DNA of 64,000 bases from Callorhinchus milii (taxonomy: Eukaryota), in contig NW_024704759.1 of assembly GCF_018977255.1 (NCBI RefSeq), forward strand, positions 11,532,001 through 11,596,000, in the 5' to 3' direction. Positions 34,061-45,400 of this stretch are shown piece after piece; the first letter of the stretch is position 1, and the number at the start of each line of letters is the position of its first letter. A program made the position numbers and the translations under genes. The notes beneath the pieces were generated by a model. It saw only the letters and a list, made by a program, of their open reading frames with translations, was not told the DNA's origin and ran no database searches.

Positions 34061-36047
34061 TTATCTCCCTGAAATAAACATTACAGTAATGTTAGGAGTC
34101 TGATTCTTGAATGTTATCCTCATTATGTAACCCTCTGCTCCAAGACATCACTCCGAATATAACTGCAAGTTGCTCCTGAATTCTTCAAAATCTAAAAATA
34201 CACAGTACAACTCTGATTGTAACCCTTTACTGAATTCACAAGATTAGTGAGTTACTTCTGTAGGGAAAAAAGAATTAACCGTATTTTTCCTGTTAGATAC
34301 ATAACAATTTATATCAAATGCAAGGATTAGGCATGTTCATCTCCGTCATTTCGCTAAAATCATCACATACGTAAACTTTGCTGTACTCAGAGGAAAACAC
34401 TACAACGTTAAATCTTTCAGCAGTACAGATTAAATTGAATTCCATATAGCAACAATCTACCATCCATTAGCTCATCGTATCTGCTTTAACCAAAACAGGA
34501 TGCATCCTTTGCTGGTGACAGCAATTTTACTTCCCAACCTTTTCTTCTTTCACTCACCAACCCTAAAATATTCTGATATCATAATGTAGCACTTAAAAGC
34601 TTAATCCAGAACCAGCAAAAATTTATCCCAGCTGCTCTCTTGCTAAACCGTATCCTTTTTTTTTGGTATAGGAGTTATTCAACACAGCATCAAGGGCTTT
34701 TGTGAGGTGCTTCACCTTAGATTAATAAAAGCAATTATTACAACGTCAAGTATTACATTTTTGTTTACCGTAGGAAATACACGTGAGATCTGTTAAACAT
34801 CCTAATTCTAGATCTTTCTAGGATGATTTCTTTGACTGCTCCTGCTGTGATCATTTCCTGCTCTCCAATTAAAAGCACCAATTCTCTCCCCTCTTTGCTG
34901 AATGTTTTGCCTTTCTTTCCCCTCCTTCATAAGAGTATTTCGAGAAGTGCCAATACCTTTCTAACTCAGCCAAGCAAACGCTATTGACAAGTGAGCATTG
35001 GCAGGTTGCTTGACGGACGGTTTGGAGGATTAAGAAAACGAGGTCTTATTCATACTTACACACCTTCACCTACAGCATGGATAACACATTAGTAACTCTG
35101 GCTGATTTTCACCAAGTGAAATTGTTAAGAGTCCCAGCTGAGAACAGCTGACTTAACACAGAGGAAATCTAGTGCTGGACAAAGCAATGTTTTACCTAGT
35201 CGGCCATTGGGGTCACCTCCAAAGCTTAATGCTTAAGTAATAAGATATGATGTTTACATTAAATGACTTCTAGTGTCTTAATTTCCAGACACATACACCG
35301 ATACCTTTGGAGAGAATACCGCAGCTGTCTTGGAAGAGATACAATATTACTGAGGATCTCTGCGACCAATCGTTAATCTCCATCATAACAGTAAACACCG
35401 ATAAAACGATGATTAGGCACTTTAAATCACTAGGGGGAATTTTCAGGAAACGTGGGCAATCGAGAAATTCCTAAAGACTCCTCAAATTCCAAAGCCACAG
35501 AAGACGAGGCGGAAAACAAGACCCTGAGAAGAAATGATAGACTCGTTAAAAGAGGATTTTTTGTTGTTGTTCTGGACCACGGTGATCTCAATAAGCGAAT
35601 GGGGGTGATTGTAGGGAAACAGAGTGAGAAAAAACACTCCGTTAAATAGACGTTGCAGGCGCTGTACCAAATGCAAGGATTATTAGTATTATTATTATTA
35701 TTATTATTGTTATTTTAGCCCACAAATAAAGCAACAGCACAACGTTGATACTAAGAAGCAATTAGAAATTGTGTTTTAAGAGGGGGGGGGGGCAATTATG
35801 CACAAAGGTAAACCCCATATAACGTATCCAAATAGTTTTCTGGGTGCACAGTAATTCAGGTGGGTGTCTGCACAAGAAAACAAGAGGCACAAGGGATGGG
35901 ACTGGATGTGCTTCAACCGAAGAATGCATCAGGAATCTACAGCAGGACATGGAAAACAGCAGCTTCAGAACTGAAAGGAGGAGAGGAAAGCAATGGAGGA
36001 GAGGAAAGGAATAGAAAATTGATATTTTTTTAAAAAAAGCATTTTTT

Positions 36048-36079
<32 letters not shown>

Positions 36080-36769
36080 TCAAGCAAAAGTTGCAATAAC
36101 TGGTTCTGCATGAGACAGCAGAATCCCCCCCCCCCAAAAAAAAAAGAAATTGGACTGCTAATAGGGTTATAACTCAATAGGAAATGCCTCTCCCCTCCAC
36201 CACCACCCCATCCCCCCCCCCCCCCCTTCCTTTTATTTGCATGACTCCTGACTCAGATGCATAAAGGAAACTTTGTCAAGAGTTACATACCACCAGTTGG
36301 AGCTCCAGAGAACAATGCACCAAGTGTCCTGAGAATTTACATGGTCTCTCCAGGATGGTCTGAAGGGTCTGAGTGCTGTGTTTTTTTTTTGGGCAAAAGA
36401 GGGAGGGAGACAGGAACCAAACTTTCCCCCTGAACCACACACCAACTCAACCCCAACCCTCCCACCAATCAACAGGACCTGACACTGACTGCCCACTGAG
36501 CAACAACACACACTGCAAACCAATGAACTCCAGGAACCTCCTATAAAGGCTGTTGTACAGGCAGCAGCGAGTTACACACACACATACACACACACCGTAA
36601 CAACTGGTCTATACATCGCACCTCCTGGGCATTCCCTTCCCAGTTGGAGCTGTTTGCACAGGACCAGCCTTCCCCCCCCCCCCCCCCTCCTATCAGTCCT
36701 GGGCAGAAACAGTCACAAGCAAAGTAAAGCCGCGCCTAACAAAACACGGACCCACTTCACCCACTGTTC

Positions 36770-37135
36770 CGCGAAGCGCTCCGAGATGTCCCGAAGACGC
36801 GACGAGCCGCCCTTTCTGCTCTCGAGCCGTCCCGAAGCGTCTCACGCAATGTACCGCAAAGGCGAATTGATTGTATGTTTCGTGGGCGAAACGCGGCAGC
36901 CAATTGCACACAGCCGTGTCCCACAAACAGTTGTGGATTGAGTGAGGGACCAAATTGTAGTTTATTTTTGAGGCATGAGTCCTGCTTGCTGCTAGGTGAA
37001 CGGAAACGTAAGTAGAGTCAGGAAACTTGGCAAAGGTCTCGCCCTGCCCGGGAATTGAACCCAGGTCCTCTCGCTTGCGAGACGAGCTCGCTAACCACCA
37101 TGCACCAGGACTCCATAACTAAGCTACAGGACTCC
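36770..37135 (-). mobile_element. tRNA-headed Deu-domain SINE, with partly duplicated head end
   Basis: Core GTGGGCGAAACGCGGCAGCCAATTGC and B box GGAATTGAACCCAGG; CAGGACTCCA occurs twice at the 5' end. Confidence 0.8.
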
Positions 37136-38542
37136 ACTTGGATAAATCTAGGATACGTAACTGAAAATAATTGTTGCGATTGATGAAATGATTCAAAGTA
37201 AACATCATTGGAGGTTCTGTATTTTGGGGGCTGTAATTAAGGCTGCATTTAATAATTTGCCAAATTCTAGATGCTTTGATGTGCCACATTAATAGAGTAA
37301 ATCGGGACTGAGATGGAATTTCTCCCCACAGATTCCTTCAATTACACAGAATCCGAATTATATGTTTGGAGTCACGAAGGTCAGTGAAGTGAATGTACAT
37401 CTGAATGTATTTTCTGCGGTGGGAAAAACAAGCAGAAAAGCAAGCTTCACTTCATTTAGAAAATCACCTGCGCTAACAAAATGTGCTAACATTATTTGAT
37501 TGACTATACTTCCCTAAAAAACGTTTATTATCAGACATGTAACTACTTCATTGAAATGCGGTAAGTTGTCTCTTAAGTGCTCTTTAGTATGGAGGTATGG
37601 GATACTCAATTCAAAGTTGCATATATGCTGGTTGTTAATAATATTGTAGGAAATTGCGTTAATGTTACATAATTGTAATTGTGCAATTCTCAAATTGTAA
37701 TTTATATTTAATGAAGGTTACATTTGACTCCAGCAGCAAATCTGATCAACACAACAATAGTCTTGTGGAAGCCATAGATCGCATCTTGTTGCATGCATGG
37801 CTAGACTATTTACAGGAGAAACTGACACCTTGTGGAATGACGCAGTATTCCAGACGTGGCAAGCTTGTCCAGTTATTTATTTGCATGATTTCCATACTTT
37901 TCAAAAACAGGACACAAGAAAACTTCTGTGTCGATTTCTAAAACCACGGAAACTCGCAAACTTTGGTAAATACTGTTTCATTAGTAGAAGGTCGCACTAC
38001 AGTAAATCACTCCATTTGAGTGGAGCCATGTTCATAGTATAACGTGCAAGTTACATTATTGCAAAAAAAAGTTGCAGTAAAAGCTATTTTAGGTGATATA
38101 AAAACAATTAGAACTGATTATAGCCATGTATTCTTATCTAGGAGACTGTTATTAAAACAATCAGAAATTGTTATTATCACATAACATAGTCATATAACTT
38201 ATTATATATTAATATATTGGTAATATTAAATGCTATGATGTTACCCTGCGTGAAGGGCCCTATATAATAAATGCAAGTTGTTGTTGCATATACATTTATA
38301 ATAATAATAATCCTTGCATTTGATATAGCGCCTTATCATGTCGCTAACAAGTCTCAAAGAGCTTTTTTTNAATGGTAATAAGCAGGAGAATTGCAATGAT
38401 AAATCAAGAGGGTAATATTTAGCCGTACAGGTAGCAGCGGGCGGTAATAACCTAACTCTTTGCTCAAAGCTTTGAGCCCATTATTATTATTACAATGTTT
38501 TGTTTCGTATCAATTGATTTTTGTATTTTGTTTTGTGTCAAG

Positions 38543-38637
38543 TGATCAACACTTTGGAGTCAATTGATCAAGACTTTGGGATGTATTGATCAAAGATTTG
38601 GTATCAATTGATCAAAGATTTGGTATCAATTGATCAA
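38543..38637. repeat. 22-bp minisatellite, ~4.3 copies
   Basis: TGATCAA recurs at 38543, 38565, 38587, 38609 and 38631; unit approximately TGATCAAAGATTTGGTATCAAT. Confidence 0.9.
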
Positions 38638-38961
38638 TAATAATAATAATAATAATCCTTGCATTTGATATAGCGCTTTTCACGTCAGGAGGACGTCCCA
38701 AAGCGCTTCACAGAACACACTCTAAAGTGAATTGACTGTATATTTGTGGGCGAACGCGGCGGCCAATTGCGCACAGCAATGTCCCACAAACAGTCGTAGA
38801 TTGAAAATGACCAATTTATTATTGGTTTTTGTTTTGGAGGATTATTATTAGGCTCTGTGTGGAGTAAGGAAACTTGCCCAAGGTTTCGCCCTCTGCCTGG
38901 AATTGAACTCAGGTCTCTCGCTTGCAAAGCGAGTGCTCTAACCACTGAGCTACAGGACTCC
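38638..38961 (-). mobile_element. Full-length tRNA-headed Deu-domain SINE
   Basis: Minus strand: GGAGTCCTGTAGCTCAGTGGTTAGAGC (A box), GAGTTCAATTCC (B box), Deu core, L2-like tail and (TTA)n end. Confidence 0.9.
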
Positions 38962-39009
38962 ACGAAACCTCTGGCATCAGCTGACCAGGAGCTGTGAGGC
39001 TGGTGAGCT

Positions 39010-39410
39010 GACCTGGCGCCTGCGCACTCGCGCCCCTGCGGGGCTGGGCATGGGGGGGGGGGGCGCGCCGCGTCACAAAGTCACGTGAAAGTCACGCGAT
39101 TGCGTCGGCGACGTCGGCGGACGGACGACGTCGACGTCGCCCGCGCCAGTTGAGAGGAGAGGAGAGGAGAGAGAGGAGAGGCCGCGCCGCTGCGGACTTA
39201 AGTCGGGGGCCCGAGACAGACCGCCAGTACCATGGGCGCCGTGTTAGGCATCTGCTCCCTGGCCAGCTGTGTAAGTGAGGGTGAGGGGGGGGTGAGGGTG
39301 AGGGGGGGGCGCAGGTGGTGGTGGTTGTTCTTGTGACGGGCGGCGCCCCCCCCCCCCCCCCCGCCTGGTCAGTCCGGCCCTTTCCCTGGTCGGGCCCTGT
39401 GTCGCCCTCT
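39010..39410 (+). promoter_or_regulatory. CpG-island promoter of SERINC3 with E-box/CLEAR-like motif
   Basis: Dense CpG around exon 1; GTCACGTGA at 39080-39088 and GTCACGCGA at 39091-39099. Confidence 0.75.
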
Positions 39411-42400
39411 CCCCCTGGAGGAGGAGGAGGGGAGTGAGGAGGGGTGAGGAGGAGGGGGAGGGTGAGGAGGAGGAGGAGGAGTGGTGAGGAGGAGGAGGGG
39501 GGGGTGAGGAGGGGTGAGGAGGAGGGTGAGGAGGAAGGTGAGGAGGAGGAGGAGGGGAGGGTGAGGAGGAGGTGAGGAGGAGGAGGAGGAGGTGAGGAGG
39601 AGGAGGGGGGGTGAGGAGGAGGAGGAGGAGTGGTGAGGAGGAGGAGGGGTGAGGAGGAGGAGGGGTGAGGAGGAGGGGAGGAGGAGGAGTGGTGAGGAGG
39701 AGGAAGGTGAGGGTGAGGAGGAGGGTGAGGAGGAGGGGGGTGAGGAGGAGGAAGGTGGGGTGAGGAGGAGGAGGGTGAGGGTGAGGAGAGGAGGAGGTGA
39801 GGGTGAGGAGGAGGAGGAAGGTGAGGGTGAGGAGGAGGGTGAGGAGGAGGGGGGGTGAGGAGGAGGAGGAAGGTGAGGGTGAGGAGGAGGGTGAGGAGGA
39901 AGGTGAGGGTGAGGAGGAGGAGGAGGGAGAGGTGTTGGTCACTGTTTACCGGGGCTTCTCGGTGTTGCAGTCGCTAACAGACGTTGCAGGGGCTGCCCCA
40001 AATAATGCGAGGATGATGATGATGATGATTGTTGTTGTTGTTGTTATTGTTGTTGTTATCTTCGCTGTTATTTTAGCCCCAAAAATAACCGCTTACGATC
40101 GAGTCCGTTGTTTGTTCGCCCACAAAATACGCCAGAGTCAGTTGCACTTTCACTTTGCAGTCTATCCCGCAAAGCGCCTTTGAGACGTCTGGAAGACGCG
40201 ATAGGACGCAGTCTCAAACGCAAGGATGATGATGATGATGATTATTATTTTTATTATTATTATCCTCGCTATGACTACCAAAGCCCCTGTTTCCTTCTCC
40301 CCTCCGAGGGGGGGGGGGGCGGAGCTGCTGATGGTATTCACGGCATTTGGAGCTCGTGCCTCCAGGACCGGTGCCCGCGCCTGTTGAGGTTGTTGTTGAT
40401 TTTAAAAGAACCGTCGCTACCCGGTCGGTGACTGTGTTTGTGCCACTCGGCGCACGCCAGCCTCCCCTCCCCCCACCCCCCCCCCTCTGTTGTTTTGTTC
40501 ACTCGCTCGCTCCACTCCACAAGCCTTCTCGGTTTAATCTATTTCCTGTAAGCCTGATCGGGTGACGGACGGCCTGTTAAGCGATCGCCGAGGCCGGAGA
40601 GAAATGTCGCCCTCCAGACTTTCCCCAAGCGGAAGTGTTTTTTTTGCCACGCTTGGGATCGGAACGAAAAGAACGTTTCGGGGATCAAGCCGGGCGCGCT
40701 CTGAATCGGGCGGAGAATCAGCAAGTGGGAAAACTGCACTTGTTTGGGGCAGGGAGTAATGATCACGAGAATAGCGATCAGCTTTTATGAGTTTTTTTCA
40801 ATTTAGTGGCAGGGTGTTAAATCGTGTTTTAAGAAATTCTCCCGTGCTCACTTTTGTATTTATTGGGAACTAGTACAATATCGAGTGTACGATGGGCTGG
40901 AGTGTTTCTACTCTCAAGTAAAGCCCCTGCAATTTAAAAGTACAGAAATAATATTTGGAAGCCAGGCATTCATATTGCTGCTTAAATAGAATCATAGAAT
41001 TATACAGCACAGAGGGAGGCAGTTTGGCCCATCTTGTCTGTGCCGGCTGTTTGAAAAGAGCTATCCGATTTAACCCCACTCCCCAACTCCCTCCCCATAG
41101 CCCTGCAAACTTGTCCTCCCCAAATAATTATCTACTTCTCTCTTAAAAGTTGTTATCGAATTGCCTTCCACCACCATATCAGGCAATGCATTCCAGATCC
41201 AAACGACTCGCTATGTAAAAAAACGTTCTCCTCACCTCCCCTCTGTTTCTTTTAACAACTATTTTAAATCTGTGCCCTCAGGTTACCCACCCACCCGCCA
41301 GTGGAAATAGTTTCTCCTTGTTCACCCTACGAATCCCCTCATAATTTTGAAAACTTCTATTAAGTCTCCGCTTAACCATCTCTGCTCCAAGGAGAATGAT
41401 CCCAGCTTCTCTAGCTTTTCCTTATAACTGAGGAGTTATGAAATAAATTACTATAATAAGTATTACATGTATTAAGTAATAAATGTTTGCAATTTCTCCC
41501 TCCGCCAGATTCCGTGTCTCTGCAGCAGTGCACCTTGTTTGCTATGTATCTGTTGCCCTAACAGCAGAAATTCCACAGTGACCAGATTGATCTACGCATT
41601 TATTTTGCTCCTGGGCACTTTTGTGGCTTGTATTATGCTGCTACCTGGAATGGAAATGCAGCTAAAAAAGGTATGATTTATGTAATACATTCTAAACATC
41701 TGGATTGTAAAAAAGGATTGTGTAAACTAATGTATTGTGAAAAACGTCGGGTTCTGAAGTTTACTATTTATATTCAGTTGGATTATTAAAATTCACATTA
41801 TTCTTTTTTTCCAACAGCAGTAAGTGGGTTACAAATTATCTGGGTCAATTCCTCTGTCACTAAAACTGCTATCAGCAATATTAACATATTGTTGGAATAT
41901 CTAGTAAACTTTATCCGGGCATGTGTGTCATTGCTAAGTTTGATTGTTTCATAATGTTGGGTCTAATGTTTTTTAATAGATTCCTGGATTTTGCGAAGAT
42001 GGCTTTGGCACTGAACTCCCAAACATTCATGGCTCTGTGAATTGTGACGTGCTTGTCAGTTACAAGTCAGTTTATCGAATCTGCTTTGGAATGGCTGTGT
42101 TTTTCTTTATATTTTCTCTGCTTTTTGTCAATGTAAAATCCAGCAGAGATCCCAGAGCTGCAATACACAATGGGTAAGTGTTAAATTTGCTTATTAATTA
42201 TGATTGGTCATATTTGAAATTTTAAGGAGACATTAATGTCTTATTAAATTACCAATTTAATCCCTATGAAATGTTGGTTTTGTTTGTATGTTTTATCCGT
42301 ACCACCTGTAAGATTATATCAAGTATTAGAAACAGAAGGATGAGTGACTGCAGAGTAAGAGTTAACAAGAAACGTTAGAATCTCAAGGAATACTTGCTCA

Positions 42401-45400
42401 AGGACAAAGGGAGTGAAAAACAAGTGCATATTGTGGGAATGCAATGGTTGGCTGACCAGATAGCTAAACCAAGGACACTAGAATCTCAAACTTGTAACCT
42501 TATAAGGAATTGCTTTTTGCATTGTAGTGTGATATCATGTGCCGAGTAGGGTTCATAAAGGTGTGGATTAGGGAACAAAAACTGAAGCATGGGCAGAGGG
42601 AGAGAAAAGTGGGTCAACGTGTTTCCCAGTGGAATCGGTTAATATCGATATTTACTGTATCTATGGTCTCAGTTTGAAGAATAAATTAGGCTAAACTTAC
42701 TGTATTTTATATTGATTGCTTAAATAAACTTTAGATTATTACACAACCAATTGGTGGTCTCCTGAATCTGTTACACAACCTATGGTATCCTTTCAGTTGA
42801 TATCAATAATCAAAGTGAGCTTTATATGTGTGCTTTTTTCCTTTCTACGGTTAACAAAAGTTTTAACTGTTGCTTTCGTTTTGGACAGATTCTGGTTCTT
42901 CAAAATAGCTGCCATCATAGGCCTTATTGTAGGAGCCTTTTACATCCCTGAAGGACCGTTCACCCGAGGTAACTCTCCCTAGCGAAAGATTGCTCATGTT
43001 TGTTTTGTTAAATAGAACTATTTGCGAATGAAGATTAAGAGATTTTAAAGAATAAAAAATTACTTAAATTTGCCAGGACCTGGTTAAATTACCCAGTAAC
43101 TTAATTTACTTAATCTTGAGGCCCAAAGACTCATTTATTTGAGTCTCACCATTTTGATAGATTTTTACGTTGTGGCATTCATTTTTACTTCAAATATAAT
43201 GTTATGACACCTGTAATTTTATTGACTAATGTTCGCTGATAATAATAATAATCCTTGCATTTGATATACCGTCTTATCATGTCGCTGAGATGTCTCAAAA
43301 CGCTTCACGGAATGTACTGTAAAGTGGATTGACTGTGTATTTTGTGGGCGAAATGCGGCAGCCAGTTGTGCATTGCAGTATCCCACAAACAATCGTGGTT
43401 GAGTGACCAAATTACTATTATTATTTGATGTAAAACTAGTGGTCAAATTTGGATTCTCCCATTTTTTTTAAAGAAAAAGTTAAGTAGTACTTTACATATT
43501 TGTGATTTGTTTTCAGCTCTGTTTGCCATCGGTGCAGCTGGTGCTTTCTTGTTTATATTAATTCAGCTGGTGTTGCTTGTTGACTTTGCTCATTCTTGGA
43601 ATGAGTCTTGGGTGGGAAAAATGGAGGACGGGAATTCCAGATTCTGGTATGCAGGTGAGTATCAATATTGTTGACATCGATTTTGGAAAACTGTTGGAAA
43701 TATATACATTGTTCTCGTGTTTTTTTGTGGCTGTCTTCGCAAACTAGAAACCCTGTATTATTGATAAATGTGCTAATTGAAGAGATTGGGGGGTTTCTGG
43801 GGTTGGAGGGGAGGAAAGCAGGTCATAAATTTAGGTTGTTATTAGAATTTGGCCAAACTTCAAGCAAGGCATTTTCAGCGCCTCTTGTTTTCAGCATTAA
43901 TTAGTAAACTTTAGGATCTTGAGTCTGTTACAGCTATGTAATATTTCAAAGGGGCTTCAAAGTAATATGTTTAGCTTCCTGAAAAACATTGTGGTTGCTT
44001 ATTCCAACCCACTGTCAAGGTATGATGTCCCAAACTGTTTTTAAAATTGACATTTTAGATCCTTAAATTATTACAATTGGTATTTTGAATCCAATATAAT
44101 TTGACTTTTCCTTTTTTTTGCAGCCTTGATCTTCATCACCAGTCTGTGTTACACCTTGTCTTTCATAACAGTAGTGCTTTTCTATGTGTTCTACACCAAA
44201 CCTGAAGAATGTACCAAGAACAAGTTTTTCATCAGTTTCAACATGATCCTTTGCATTGCTGTGACTATTATTTCTATTCTTCCAAAAGTACAGGTGAGCA
44301 TTTCCATTTTTGTCACAAAGCCATGTAGTGGCTAGGCAGGGAGTTCCACTCATCCCTTGGATAAGAAAGCATCTCACCTCAGAATTGGATGGGGACTTAT
44401 TTTATGAGCAATCTCTTTGGATTGGCGGGAAAGCACTTGCACAGTGAGCCTCATTCCAACATAATTTCAATTTTGTCTACAAAATACAGTTTAACAAAAT
44501 CACTTTACACTACAGTACTCCTGTGCAGTGCTTTGAGACATCTCAAAGATACGATAAGGAGCTATACCAAATGCAAGGATTGTTGTTATTAACGATATAT
44601 ATATTTTTTAACCCTTTTGTGGTATGTTTGAGTTTTTTCCCTTCTCCACTAGACCATTTTACTTCAGAATTTCTTTCTGGTCCAAGATTAGCTTGGGCAA
44701 GTGAAAATTATTTTAGTGGAATTTGAATTGTTTTGAGACTTATTTATATAACAAAAATGGTAATCCTTTTAAACTGTTATTTTGTAGGAAGCACAGCCTC
44801 GCTCTGGCCTCCTTCAGTCTTCAATCATCACCCTGTACACAATGTTTCTGACATGGTCTGCGATGTCAAATGAACCTGGTAAATAAAAGCCCTTGTTTAT
44901 TCTCGAATCTTCTCGCTGTACTTGAAATTATTGTAATGAATCTTTGGTGAGGACAAAGGGTGGTTTGTTTTCACATGTTAACTCTTTTTCGTGATGTTGA
45001 ATGTCAACTGGTATTTCAGCTGAGCGCTTCGCACAAGCAGAAAGTCGCCATAAAATCGTAGTTGCAAACTGGTTAAGTGTTTGTGGGAGAAGGGTAAAGA
45101 TTAGGAGGATTAGAGGCTCACATGGAGTGTAAACGCCAGCACGGGCTTGTTTGGCTCAATACATTGTTTCTCTGTTGCACAGTCTATACTATTTAATGCC
45201 TACCAAACACAAGTTGGACATTAGTATAGATATTGTTTAACTTGCCAATGTCTTCTTTGTTCAGATTTTTTCATGTTCAGACAATGGAAATGACGATTCT
45301 CTTGCAGCTATTTGTAGCAACCATGGTGATGTGACCTTTGTAATGGGATTTTCATGGAGCCTCAGATAGTATTTCAGTATTAAAAGGAAACCTCCCTTAA

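Noticed and set aside
38543-38637. CRISPR-like periodic palindromic repeat
   Set aside because: Head-to-tail units with no unique spacers, no cas genes, and a vertebrate context.
39244-40183. Pro/Ser/Leu-rich and Glu/Arg-rich ORFs
   Set aside because: Translations of the (GAG)n intronic repeat.
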